Shown: positions 43,470-56,065, counted from the stretch's first letter. The stretch is 64,000 nucleotides of DNA from Octopus vulgaris (GCA_951406725.2 OX597841.1:15066001-15130000), one strand, 5' to 3'. Made by a program: numbers and translations. Notes: a model not told the origin generated them from the sequence alone.

Positions 43470-44463
43470 AGTGGCTGTGTGGTAAGTAGCTTGCTAACCA
43501 ACCACATGGTTCCGGGTTCAGTCCCACTGCGTGGCATCCTGGGCATGTGTCTTCTGCTATAGCCCTGGGCCGACCAATGCCTTGTGAGTGGATTTGGTAG
43601 ACGGAAACTGAAAGAAGCCTGCCGTATATATGTATATATATGTGTGTGTATGTGTGTGTGTTTGTGTGTCTGTGTTTGTCTCCTTAGCATTGCTTGACAA
43701 CCGATGCTGGTGTGTTTACGTCCCCGTCACTTAGCGGTTCGGCAAAATAGACCGATAGAATAAGTACTGGGCTTACAAAGAATAAGTCCCGGGGTTCGAT
43801 TTGCTCGATTAAAGGCGGTGCTCCAGCATGGCCAACGTCCCCGTCACTTAGCGGTTCGGCAAAATAGACCGATAGAATAAGTACTGGGCTTACAAAGAAT
43901 AAGTCCCGGGGTTCGATTTGCTCGATTAAAGGCGGTGCTCCAGCATGGCCAACGTCCCCGTCACTTAGCGGTTCGGCAAAATAGACCGATAGAATAAGTA
44001 CTGGGCTTACAAAGAATAAGTCCCGGGGTTCGATTTGCTCGATTAAAGGCGGTGCTCCAGCATGGCCAACGTCCCCGTCACTTAGCGGTTCGGCAAAATA
44101 GACCGATAGAATAAGTACTGGGCTTACAAAGAATAAGTCCCGGGGTTCGATTTGCTCGATTAAAGGCGGTGCTCCAGCATGGCCAACGTCCCCGTCACTT
44201 AGCGGTTCGGCAAAATAGACCGATAGAATAAGTACTGGGCTTACAAAGAATAAGTCCCGGGGTTCGATTTGCTCGATTAAAGGCGGTGCTCCAGCATGGC
44301 CAACGTCCCCGTCACTTAGCGGTTCGGCAAAATAGACCGATAGAATAAGTACTGGGCTTACAAAGAATAAGTCCCGGGGTTCGATTTGCTCGACTAAAAG
44401 GCGGTGCTCCAGCATGGCCGCAGTCAAATGACTGAAACAAGTAAAAAAGAGTAAAAAAAAAAA
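43470..44463 (+). mobile_element. SINE family A carrying an internal 6 x 117-bp tandem array
   Basis: Units start at 43718, 43835, 43952, 44069, 44186, 44303. Confidence 0.93.
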
Positions 44464-44986
44464 GATATATATATGTAAAAAGACCGATGTCAACCCAGAA
44501 GTGACACCAAAAGAAACAGTTTGTTTGTTGGGGCAACCCCGAAAGTTCAGCGTGGCCTTTGATAAAGGCCTCCTCGTATGAGGGATCCCAAATTAAAGCC
44601 TACCAAACGAGGTCTTTGAAAAACTCTCCTCATGTCCCTTCTTGTTGCTCGATTTAATGTCAACTCGGCAAAGTGTTGGCATGTAATGCTATCTCGAAAT
44701 ATTAACGTGACCTTTGTGTGTGTGTGTGTGTGTGTATGTGTGTATGTATTTGGTTTGTTTGTGAGACTCTGTCTCCGTGTGTTTGTGTCAAGTATATATG
44801 TATGTGTGTGTGTGTGTAAATGTCTGTATATATGTGTGTGTGTGCATAAAAGTATATATCTATATATACATATGCGTGTGTGTGTTTGTGTGCGTGTATG
44901 CGTGTTTTTGGTTTGTTTGTGTGTGGATGTTTGCGTGTGTTTGTGTGTGTGTGTCAAGTATATATGTGTGTATAAGTGTATATATA

Positions 44987-45307
44987 ACTGGTACTTATTT
45001 AATCGACCCCGAAAGGACGAAAGGCAAAATCGACCTCGGCGGAATTTGAACTCAGAACGTAACGGCAGACGAAATACCTATTTCTTTACTACCCACAAGG
45101 GGCTAAACATAGAGGGGACAAACAACGACAGACAAAGGGATTAAGTCGATTACATCGACCCCAGTGCGTAACTGGTACTTATTTAATCGACCCCGAAAGG
45201 ATGAAAGGCAAAGTCGACCTCGGCGGAATTTGAATTCAGAACGTAACGGCAGACCAAATACGGCTACGCATTTCGCCCGGCGTGTTAACGATTCTGCCAG
45301 CTCGCCA
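44987..45307 (-). mobile_element. SINE family B with tandem partial duplication
   Basis: taactggtacttatttaatcgaccccgaaagg occurs at about 44985 and 45169. Confidence 0.85.
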
Positions 45308-46227
45308 CCTTCGCCAGAGCTAATAATGACAAACTTTAAGTACCAAATATTGTTAAACACACCTCTGCAAATGCAGTGTGCATAAGCAATTTACTTTAAA
45401 TACAACACACAACCGGCAGTGAGACTGCTTTAAACAGATCCCCAAATCGGGCTCACGGCAGGCAATCGGTTAACGTAGTTCTGAGGGAGTTTCAGCGCGA
45501 TACAGAATGTGAAAGGGCTGCTCCCTTTCAGATACAAAGGGCCGCTTGATCGGAGTGGAGCACCGAATAAAAAATAAAATAAAAAAAAGAATGGTTTTGT
45601 CCACAACGCAACGCGGCAGAATTGAACTCACGACTTCACACTCGCAAACCGAAGACCGTAACCCGCAATCCACACGTCCTCACCATATATATATTACTGC
45701 AAATACGGGTGACTTTCTACCCTCGTCTTTTGACCTGCCCTTTCCACAGAAATAACAGCCATGTATTAGAGCCATTCACATATTTCCCATAGTCTGTAGA
45801 TAGGTTAATAGTTTGCTGTTGACTTTATAGGTTGTGTTGGCGAGGTCGCGGGTTCAAGACTTCATAGGGTAATGCATATATGTCGAAGTGTGTGTATATA
45901 TGTGTGTGTTTTTTTGTTTGTTTGTTTATATGCATGTATATAATTGTTGTTGTATATACTGGAATGTATATGTGTGTATGTAATTTTTATCATGTGTGTG
46001 TGTGTGTGTGTGTGTGTTGTACATTCTGGAATGTGTGTGTGTGCGATTTTTTTATCACGTGTGTGTCTGTGCGTATAATGTTTGCGTGTGTGTGAGTGTA
46101 TGTCTTTGTGTGTGTATGTATATGTATGTGCATGTATGCATGTGTGTGTATGCGTTTGTATGTGTGTGTATGGGTGTGCATGTAAGTGTGTGCATGGTTG
46201 TTTTGTGTATGTATGTGTTTATATCCA

Positions 46228-46520
46228 GGACAAGTGGCCTAGTGGTTAGGGTGTTGCACTCGTGATCTAGCGATCGCGGTTTCGGTTCCTAATCCGGGTG
46301 GAGCGTTGTGTTTTTGAGCAATAACACTTCATTTCACATTGCTCCTCGATCACTTCTACACCTGACACGTGGCACACCGTGGCACCTGTTAAAATAATAA
46401 TCGATTCAACTGAGAGAGTGAGCTAATGTGCGGCACGAACATTTGATCACTATAAACGGATCATTTGTGCAGGTCGTTCAGTAAGGAATAGTAGAACCAT
46501 CTTTCTCGGACGACGAGACC
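46228..46520 (+). mobile_element. tRNA-headed SINE related to C/D, diverged
   Basis: gtggcctagtggttagggtg A box, ggtttcggttcc B-box-like, ttgagcaataacacttcatttcac core. Confidence 0.7.
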
Positions 46521-46581
46521 ACCCGCACCACTCCCACCACACCATGACCACCACCTTATATATATGACTTCCTTTATCTCC

Positions 46582-46618
46582 TGCATCTGAAGAAGAACTT
46601 TGTCTGAAACGTCAAACA
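46582..46618 (+). ncRNA. Minimal hammerhead motif, stem I decayed
   Basis: CTGAAGA 46587-46593, aga/tct stem II, GAAAC GTC aaaca; downstream flank resembles the 24641 family. Confidence 0.6.
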
Positions 46619-46751
46619 CCCTTTCTTTCCTTCTTTGAGCGTCTTATTAATACTTTGTATGTACCAGGTCAACTCCTTCTACCAAAACATTTCAAGACGG
46701 TGCTCCATCACGGCCGCAGCCTAATGACTGAAACAAGTAAAATATATATAT

Positions 46752-46917
46752 AGGTGCAGGAGTAGCTGTACGGTAAGTAGCTTGCTTACCAACCACATGG
46801 TTCTGGGTTCAGAGTCCCACTGCGTGGAACCTTGCGCAAGTGTCTTCTACTATTAGCCTCGGGCTGACCAAAGCCTCGTGAGTGGATTTGGTGGACGGAA
46901 ACTGATAGAAGCCCGTC

Positions 46918-47001
<84 letters not shown>

Positions 47002-47182
47002 ATGTGTGTGTGTGTATTTGTGTGTCTGTGTCTGTCCCCCGCCTTCGCTTTGCAACCGATGTTGGTGTGTTTACGTAAATTAGTGGATCTGCAAAAGAGA
47101 TCTATAGAATAAGCACTAGGCTTACAAATATAAGCGGCGCTCCAGCATGGCCGCAGTCAAATTACTGAAACAAGTAAAAGAA
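46752..47182 (+). mobile_element. SINE family A, diverged near-full copy
   Basis: Family motifs. Confidence 0.85.
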
Positions 47183-47220
47183 TATACACACAGACACGCA
47201 TGCACGCACAATCGTACACA

Positions 47221-47274
<54 letters not shown>

Positions 47275-48117
47275 GAGAGAGAGAGAGAGAGAGATAGTGT
47301 TATACTTCGGTACGGTCATTTTTTTCTTGTCAAATAAACACACGCACTATGTATTCGTTCTTCACTTGTTTATTTTTGTTCGTATTCTACGGCCATGCCT
47401 GGAAATCTTTCGTCACACATCTGTGACCTCTTCAGCGATTCTCCATCTCACGTGTCCCCTGTTCCGTTTATATCTGTTTATATGTGTGTGTGTAAATGCA
47501 GCTACTGTCACATCTAATATCAACCGAAACTCTGTTTTATAGGAACAACTGTTAACCAATTATTTAAGAAGGGATCCCATCATTATAATTACAAAAGTAG
47601 AACATTGTCAAGATTAGAGCGAAAGCTATTGACTTTTGAAAAATAGCAACCTAATCCCCAAAATTACATGTGACTTCTAGATGAGGCTTCAGTTTACTTA
47701 CAACGAACTACTTTCTGTAGCCTTTGTACCTTTGTATCTTTTTACTCCCTGGAAAGGTTATCAATCTCGAATCATTAAACGAAAACATTGAATAAACACA
47801 CATAATTGATCCCTTCATGTTCCCACATGCGTAAATACCTCCTTAAATGCCATAATACCATTCTGACTGCAGAAAGAGGAAATCCTAATACAACACATTT
47901 CCCCCATTTTCTTTCTTTTTTTTTTTTTCCTCTTTCCAGCCTTCCCTCTTAAAGTAATCCTTTGCGCCTGAATTAATAATGTCAGTGTGACCGTCGCAAA
48001 GAAATATTTTAGGCCCTTCCTAAGTAAATGAACTTAAAGTTATTATTAACAATCAACCATATTATTCCTTCCTTCCTCTTGAAATAACGTCTTTCCGAAA
48101 AACTTTACAAAGAATAG

Positions 48118-48531
48118 GAGCAGGAGTGGCTGTGTGGTAAGTAGGTTGCTAACCAACCACATGGTTCCGGGTTCAGTCCCACTGCGTGGCACTGCAAGTG
48201 TCTTCTGCTATAGCCCCGGGCCGACCAATGCCTTGTGAGTGGATTTGGTAGACGGAAACTGAAAGAAGCCTGTCGTATATATGTATATATATATATGTAT
48301 GTGTGTGTGTTTGTGTGTCTGTGTTTGTTCCCCTAGCATTGCTTGACAACCGATGCTGATGTGTTTACGTCCCCGTCACTTAGCGGTTCGGCAAAAAGAG
48401 ACCGATAGAATAAGTACTGGGCTTACAAAAAGAATAAGTCCCGGGGGTCGAGTTGCTCGACTAAAGGCGGTGCTCCAGCATGGCCGCAGTCAAATGACTG
48501 AAACAAGTAAAAGAGTAAAAGAGAGAAAGAG
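48118..48531 (+). mobile_element. SINE family A, full length
   Basis: Family motifs. Confidence 0.9.
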
Positions 48532-48555
48532 TATATTATTCCTTCCTCTTGAAAT

Positions 48556-48943
48556 GGATGGAAGCACTCCGTCAGTTACGACGACGAGGGTTCCGGTTGA
48601 TCCGATCAACGGAACAGCCTGCTCGTGAAATTAACATGTAAGTGGCTGAGCACTCCACAGACACGTGTACCCTTAACGTAGTTCTCGGGGATATTCAGCG
48701 TGACACAGAGAGTGACAAGGCCGGCCCCTTGAAATACAGGTACAACAGAAACAGGAAGTAAGAGTGAGAGAAAGTTGTGGTGAAAGAGTACAGCAGGGAT
48801 CACCACCATCCCCTGCTGGAGCCTCGTGGAGCTTTTAGGTGTTTTCGCTCAATAAACACTCGCAACGCCCGGTCTGGGAATCGAAACCACGATCCTATGA
48901 CCGCGAGTCCGCTGCCCTAACCACTGGGCCATTGCGCCTCCAC
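48556..48943 (-). mobile_element. SINE family C (tRNA-Arg-like head), full length with 11-bp TSD
   Basis: Minus head ggaggcgcaatggcccagtggttagggcagcggactcgcggtc...ggtttcgattcc; TSD cctcttgaaat 48545-48555 and 48944-48954. Confidence 0.9.
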
Positions 48944-48986
48944 CCTCTTGAAATAACGTCTTTCCGAAAAACTTTACAAAGAATAT

Positions 48987-49132
48987 GAGCAGGAGTGGCT
49001 GTGTGGTAAGAAGCTTGCTTCCCAACTACATGGCTCCGAGTTCAGTCACACTGTGTGGAACCTTGGTCAAGTGTCTTTTACTATAGCCTCGGGCGGACCA
49101 ACGCCTTGTGAGTGGATTGGTAGGAAGAAACT
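48987..49132 (+). mobile_element. SINE family A, older 5' half
   Basis: Diverged head. Confidence 0.8.
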
Positions 49133-49358
49133 GTGGGAGTGGACCTGGAACCACGCCTATAGGTATAGTTCAAATTTATAGAAAAACTAAAGAAGAGAGG
49201 TGTAGGAACAGCAAGCAAGTATAACAGTTTGATGCTCGGGAAAAACGGAAAAGTCTTTTACGTTTCGGGCCTATGCTCTTCGGCAGAAAAGAACAAAAGG
49301 AAATAAACAGAGTGAGAATGAAAAAAAAAACGTGTTGAGTTCAGTGGTCCAACATGAC

Positions 49359-49432
<74 letters not shown>

Positions 49433-49573
49433 GTACATTTCCCGTTTCTACGTCTTGTTGTGGTGTCCTGTACTCACGTATAATTATTTATACATGCATG
49501 TATATATGCATGTAGATGTAGGTACGTACATATATGTTTGTATGTATGCATATATTTTTATTTATCACTATAT

Positions 49574-49611
<38 letters not shown>

Positions 49612-49795
49612 TTTAATGAAGATCAACTTGGTTTGAAGAGAAGCCCGCGGTATAACCCTCGATTGGATATTTACCACTTCCAAGGTTCCGTTCGCTATGA
49701 AACATATGTAGCCCAGCTTTTATCTACTGTATCCCTAACTCTTGTATGTATGTATGTATGTATGTATGTATGTATGTATGTATGATGTATATATG

Positions 49796-49831
<36 letters not shown>

Positions 49832-49868
49832 TAAATTAATGAAGTTGAACACAGGCGCAATTCAATTT

Positions 49869-49964
49869 CCTTTACTTTCAGCATATGTTTCGGAGACAAC
49901 ATTGGTTTGATTCCAAAGGAATAAACGGTGTAAAATAATGTAATCGTCTCATCAGGAAAGAAAG
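49869..49964 (-). ncRNA. Hammerhead ribozyme homologous to 6938-7030, cleavage triplet mutated
   Basis: Minus: ctttctttc CTGATGA gacgat...gtctcc GAAAC ATAT GCT gaaagtaaagg. Confidence 0.75.
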
Positions 49965-50111
49965 AGAACCTATCTCAACAACAAGACATTATAACAATAT
50001 TGATGACTGCATTAATGATAAACAGAACGCTATTAACTGTTTATTGATTTTTCCATGTTAACTGTAAACAAAGAATAATTCATTCATCCATTTGTATCTC
50101 TCTCTCTCTCT

Positions 50112-50143
<32 letters not shown>

Positions 50144-50144
50144 A

Positions 50145-50338
50145 TGTGACCGCGTGTGTACCGTTGGCTATCTTTTTCCTGTCTTCCCTTCTCTGGATCT
50201 TTCCTACTATGTTTCCGAGGAAGAGCTCCGCTAGCGTTAAACCCTCCTTCTTCCCTTCTTTCCTGAGCGTCCAATAATACTATATTAGTTCCACGTCCTC
50301 GCGTTGTTGTTTTTTTTGTGCTTTCTTGTTCGGATTAT

Positions 50339-50341
<3 letters not shown>
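50145..50341 (+). mobile_element. ~200-bp (TA)n-flanked hammerhead element, copy 3 (GAAA lost)
   Basis: Collinear with 24641-24818; gtttccgaggaagagctccgctagcgttaaac. Confidence 0.75.
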
Positions 50342-50403
<62 letters not shown>

Positions 50404-50405
50404 TG

Positions 50406-50454
<49 letters not shown>

Positions 50455-50803
50455 CTGTGTTCAATGACTGCGAGCCACTTTGAAAAGTATATATTTCGGA
50501 CAAGAATTTTCTGTCGCCATCTCTAGCCGAGCAGTTATTCTATGCTGATGAGGAGAAATAACCCAGAAACTATTGGTACACAGGTAATGCCCTGAACTGA
50601 GTGGAGACACTAAGCTTTCTTGCTCGAAAATATCAGGACGCAGGTAGTGCGTCGTATAGCTAGTTGAAGATGATGTTTCCTGGGGCTAAATAACAGTAAT
50701 ATTCGTCCTAACCAGGACTGGCACATTATGTTGGCAAATAATCTTTACTCTAGAGTGCTGTTACTGAGTGCCTCTCGTTCAGAGGTTTAGAAGTAAAATG
50801 TTT

Positions 50804-51664
50804 GGATCTTTTCAATTGTGTGGCCAGGAGCCCAGATCTTTCTACTTAACTAAATAATTTGAAACTTCGTATGCTGGTACAGTGTTTCAAAACAAGACAC
50901 AGATTGGAACTAGTTTATTTGAGAAAAATCTATTTTATGACTTTAATCGTAGATTAAAACTGCGAATTTTAACCAATGAGATTGCTTGTTTTCATATTTA
51001 ATACGTTACTGCATTCTGTTAGTGTGACGTAGAAAGCAGTTTTGTGACATACACCGAGTAAAAAATTTCATCGTTATTGTTCTGTTTACATGTTACTGAA
51101 GATGGGAAATTTCCGAAGTCTCTCCCCCACCCCCCTTTCGCGAGCGCGCATTTTTTTCATGATAGTCGTTCAGAGCAAGTTGTTTTACACATATTACACT
51201 ATTTTTGTTGTTGTTTTGGTGCCCGGGTCAGCTCCTCAGACGCTTTCGGAACTTCCCGATGTGAATTTTCCGAGGCCTCTCCCCCACCCCCCTTTCGCGT
51301 GCGCGAATTTTTTTTTCATATTCGTTCATAGGAAGTTGTTTTACACCTATTACAAACATTTTTTTTTTTGATTTTCTGATATGCGTAACGCTTTATATTA
51401 ACCCATTTGTTTACATACCATATGTTTACTACGTCACCAAATTGGTGGTCGAGACGGAGTAAATAAAATAAAGCCGAATGACGGAATACCATTGGTTAAA
51501 ATTCTAATTATTAAACAATGTTAAACTTAGAAGTTACAATTCCGTTTTCATTCTGGTTTACAATTAAGTTTACTTTTGACACATTCTACCAGTATACGAA
51601 GTTTCAAATTGTTTGGTTCAGTAGGAAAAATTTGGAAAAACTGGCTTCACAAATGAAAAGATCC
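50804..51664. mobile_element. Non-autonomous DNA transposon with long imperfect TIRs and 8-bp TSD (Mutator/Merlin-like)
   Basis: Termini ggatcttttca / tgaaaagatcc; TSD aaatgttt 50796-50803 and 51665-51672; inverted matches tttgaaacttcgtat and gaattttaaccaat extend at least 170 bp. Confidence 0.8.
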
Positions 51665-51674
51665 AAATGTTTCT

Positions 51675-51710
<36 letters not shown>

Positions 51711-52494
51711 TCGTTTATCTTTTACTTGTTTCAGTCGTTAGACTGCGGCCATGCTGGGGCACAATGCGTTCGTTGGGTTTATGCACATTAGATGCCATTT
51801 ACATCCGTTCCCTCTCCCAGCCATTCGTCTCTTCATTCATCCAAGCATCCACTCCAGTTGCCAGCGTCCTTCAGAAACCTTCCTCCTCCGCCTCGTCCTC
51901 GTCCTCTTTCCTCTTCCTCTTCCTTATACCCCCCCACCCGCAACATAATAGAAATAAATTTCATCGGAATAAAAAAAAAAACAATGACAATAACAACAAA
52001 ATAAAAACGAAAAAAAATTTTGACATTATATAAATTGAGTGTCGTTCTGAATGGGTCAGAGTTAGGGGCGAGGTGGTGATAAGGGGTTGCGGGGCTAGGG
52101 GTTGCGAGGGGGCTGATTGGTAGTGGTTGTGTGGTGGTGGTGGGATGGGGTGGTGGGGAGGTTGCTTATTCCGGTCACCACCCACCCCTCACCTCACCTC
52201 GTTTCTTTCCCCCCACCTTACCCTTCTGCCCCTGCTGCTGCTGCTGTCTGTAGGTCACCATGACAACCGAGGGTGTGTGTGTGTGTGTGTGTGTGTTTGC
52301 GGTGGTGGCGGTGGGAATTGGAGCGGGACGCGGCAGGGGTGGCAGTCCGGTCACTGCCATATGCTCCAGCCCTTATAAATCATCAGCCACCACCACCACC
52401 ACCACCACCACCACCACCACTAACGCCTCCGTCGCCAGCATCATCAACGCCAACACCAACCTATCCCCACAACCGCCACCACAATCACCACGAA

Positions 52495-52546
<52 letters not shown>

Positions 52547-52554
52547 GCTACTAT

Positions 52555-52589
<35 letters not shown>

Positions 52590-52643
52590 TTGCTGCTGCT
52601 GCTACTACTACTACTACTACTACTACTACTGCGGCTACAATTG

Positions 52644-52689
<46 letters not shown>

Positions 52690-52706
52690 GACTACTACTG
52701 CTGCTG

Positions 52707-52744
<38 letters not shown>

Positions 52745-52802
52745 GCTGCTACTACTACTACTACTACTACAACTACTACTATTGCTGCTGCTGCTACAAT
52801 TG

Positions 52803-52853
<51 letters not shown>

Positions 52854-53800
52854 TTGCTGCTACTGCTGCTGCTCTACCATCATTACAGTGTCCACCACTA
52901 GTACACAACTGCAAGCACCAGCAGCGTGTCTGCTGTGGCCCCTACTACAATCTCATATCCCCCTTGCTACTACGTCCGCTACTACGACGACATGAATCAC
53001 CACCACCACCACCACCACCACCACCACCACCACCACCACCACCACCACCACCACCACCACCACCACAACCACCACTACCACCACCACACCCACAACCACC
53101 ACCACCACCACCACCACCACTACCATAACCACCGCCAACACCACCACCACCACCAGCATCACCACCACCTCCACCACTACCATAACCACAACCACCACTA
53201 CTACAATCATAACCACCACCACCACCACCATCACCACCACCACCACCACCACCACCACCACCAGCACCAGCACCACCACCTCCACCACTACCACACCCAC
53301 AACCACCACCACCACCACCACCACCACCACTACCATAACCACCGCCAACACCACCACCACCACCAGCATCACCACCACCTCCACCACTACCATAACCATA
53401 ACCACCATCACCATCACAACCACCACAACCACCACCACCACCTCCTCCACCACCACCACCACCACCACCACCAGCACCAGCACCACCACCTCCACCACTA
53501 CCACACCCACAACCACCACCACCACCACCACCACCACCACCACCACCACCACCACTACCACAACCATAACCACCACCACCACCACCACCCCTACCACCAC
53601 CACCACCCCTACCACCACCACCACCACCACTACCACAACCATAACCACCACCACCACCACCACCCCCCCCCACCACCACCACCACCACTACCACAACCAT
53701 AACCACCACCACCACCACCACCACCCCTACCACCACCACCACCCCTACCACCACCACCACCACCACTACCACAACCATAACCACCACCACCACCAGCACC
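52495..53800. repeat. (CTA/CTG)n then higher-order (CCA)n tracts
   Basis: Seen directly. Confidence 0.93.
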
Positions 53801-54294
53801 ATCACTACAAACACTACCATACAACATTCACGCACACACACATACACACACGCACACACATACGCAGACACACACATACATACACACAAGCGCACATGTA
53901 CACACGCACGCACACACACACATGCATACAAATACACGCATGTACACGCACACACACATATACACACGCGCGCTCACACATGCACACACACACAAACTCG
54001 AACCAGTGAGAATGAGTACTCTCTACCCCGTTGCTTACTCTTTTACTCTTTTACTTGTTTCAGTCATTTGACTGCGGCCATGCTGGAGCACCATCTTTAA
54101 TCGAGCAAGTCGACCCCGGGACTTATTCTTTTGTAAGCCAAGTACTTATTCTATCGGTCTCTTTTGCCGAACCGCTAAGTAACGGAGACCTAAACACACC
54201 AGCATCGGTTGTCAAGCAATGCTAGGGGGACAAACATATATAGTATTAGTGAATTGAAGAAATGGAGTTGAACGAAGATTGAACAGAAATCGTT

Positions 54295-54390
54295 TTATTG
54301 CATTCTACACGTGTTTCGAAAGGCACAATTTACCAAATTCCGATTGAATAAGGAGACCATATTGTGTCTTTCTCTTCAGGAAGAAATAGG
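54295..54390 (-). ncRNA. Type I hammerhead ribozyme (left arm)
   Basis: Mirror of 54553-54648. Confidence 0.82.
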
Positions 54391-54552
54391 AAATCCGTTG
54401 GAAAAAACAAAAACAGAACAGAGGCGGAGCAAAACAAATCGAACGAGGCTCCTAAGAGCCCATGGCCAAACTCATGGCCATGGGCTCTTAGGAGCCTCGT
54501 TCGATTTGTTTTGCTCCGCCTCTGTTCTGTTTTTGTTTTTTCCAACGGATTT

Positions 54553-54648
54553 CCTATTTCTTCCTGAAGAGAAAGACACAATATGGTCTCCTTATTCAAT
54601 CGGAATTTGGTAAATTGTGGCTTTCGAAACACGTGTAGAATGCAATAA
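54553..54648 (+). ncRNA. Type I hammerhead ribozyme (right arm)
   Basis: ttc CTGAAGA (54564-54570), stem II gaaagacacaat/attgtggctttc, GAAAC 54626-54630, palindromic ACACGTGT, GUA 54635-54637, gaa. Confidence 0.82.
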
Positions 54649-54869
54649 AACGATTTCTGTTCAATCTTCGTTCAACTCCATTTCTTCAATTCACTATATA
54701 TATATATATATATATATATACGACGGGATTCCTTCAGTTTCAGTCTACTTGCCCAAAGTGCCAAGCAGTGGGACTGAACCCGGAACCATGTGGTTGGTAA
54801 ACAAGCTACTTACCACACAGCCACTCCTAATTTCTGGGTTAACGAGGCACCCATTGGTTTCATGCTAAG

Positions 54870-55300
54870 AATGATATTTAGTTTAAGGATAACCAAGGGA
54901 CTCAGGGGCCCAGATCTAGGGTCAGTTTTCATGCCCATCCTGTCAAGTATTTAGTTCCCAATTTAAAACAGTGGGCTTGTGTTCGTTCCTGGTGCAGATG
55001 CCACAGACCCAGGGGCGGGGAGAGTTCTGGACTTCTATGATGAAATCCCTTTCTAAGCTCCCTCAAACCTCCACGAAGTACCCTATGTTGACTGTCAAGC
55101 CACAGGGAACCCACTGGATTTGGATGATGACCTTGCTGTCGAAAAGGGGTGTATGTGTGGGCCATCATGAGCTTTTCGATGCACTTACTTTGCCTGGCCT
55201 TGTTGGGGTTTGGTGGGAACCGGAATATTTCCGTTATGGGCTCCGTCCCTTAGCAGGACACCCACTTTTTAGCCACAGGCCACCAGAGACTCAAGCACTC
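54870..55300 (-). pseudogene. Mariner transposase fossil (DDD domain)
   Basis: Frameshifted minus-strand pieces KWVS, KARQSK, FDSKVIIQIQWVPCGLTVNIGYFVEV, LRELRK...RSPEL...WHLHQERTQAH, DLGP occur in mariner motif order (WV, FFD-G-I-E-VP-G-TVN, LHHDNAPAH, PDLAP). Confidence 0.8.
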
Positions 55301-55494
55301 TTGGATTAAGAGGTTGTGAGCTGAATCACCTCTGCTGTCATCAACCCATCTTTCATCATGTTCGCAACTAAAGGCGGTGCTCCAGCGTGGCCGCAGTCAA
55401 ATGACTGAAACAAAAGAGCAAAAGAGCAACTGAACACCATGGCAACAAAATTTTGCCCAAATTTTTGCGCATGCTCAGACGTGAATCAATAATT

Positions 55495-55705
55495 CTCTTT
55501 TACTTCTTCACTTGTTTTAGTCATTTCACAGCGGCCAAGCTGGAGCACCGCGTTAAATGGGTTTTTTTCAGTCAAAGAAATCGACCGCGGGACTTATTCT
55601 TTGCATGACTAGCACTTATTCTATCGGTGTCTTTCGCCGAACCGTTAGATTGCGGGGACATAAATATGCCGGCATCGGTTGTCAAGAGATGACAGGGGAC
55701 AAACA
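55495..55705 (-). mobile_element. SINE family A, diverged 3' half
   Basis: Family motifs. Confidence 0.75.
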
Positions 55706-55739
55706 CACACACACACACACACACACAGATATATCCATA

Positions 55740-55747
55740 TACATACA

Positions 55748-55782
<35 letters not shown>

Positions 55783-55787
55783 GTATG

Positions 55788-55821
<34 letters not shown>

Positions 55822-55883
55822 TGTATGTATGTATGTATGTATGTATATATATGTATATATATATATATATGTATGTATATATG

Positions 55884-55914
<31 letters not shown>

Positions 55915-56031
55915 ATATGTATGTATGTATATATGTATAAATGTATGTATGTATATATGTATGTATGTATATATGTATATATGTATGTATGTATATATGT
56001 ATAAATGTATGTATGTATATATGTATGTATG

Positions 56032-56065
<34 letters not shown>

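Larger units (their letters stand above)
54247..54696. repeat. Inverted repeat, 222-bp arms, 6-bp spacer, 1 mismatch; Penelope-like pLTR pair
   Basis: Arms 54247-54468 and 54475-54696, spacer aactca, mismatch 54323/54620. Confidence 0.93.
54033..54828 (-). mobile_element. SINE family A split by a palindromic insertion
   Basis: 3' half 54033-54236, 5' half about 54720-54828. Confidence 0.85.

Noticed and set aside
43684-44493. 269-aa ORF with 39-aa repeats
   Set aside because: Antisense translation of the 117-bp SINE-derived array
45604-45679. tRNA gene on the minus strand
   Set aside because: B box present but no consistent cloverleaf; resembles the SINE head at 34037-34118 and continues into SINE-like core
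54311-54632. Two near-identical 100-aa ORFs on opposite strands
   Set aside because: By-product of the DNA palindrome; start at GTG, no domain
54971-55309. 112-aa plus-strand ORF
   Set aside because: Antisense to the mariner fossil
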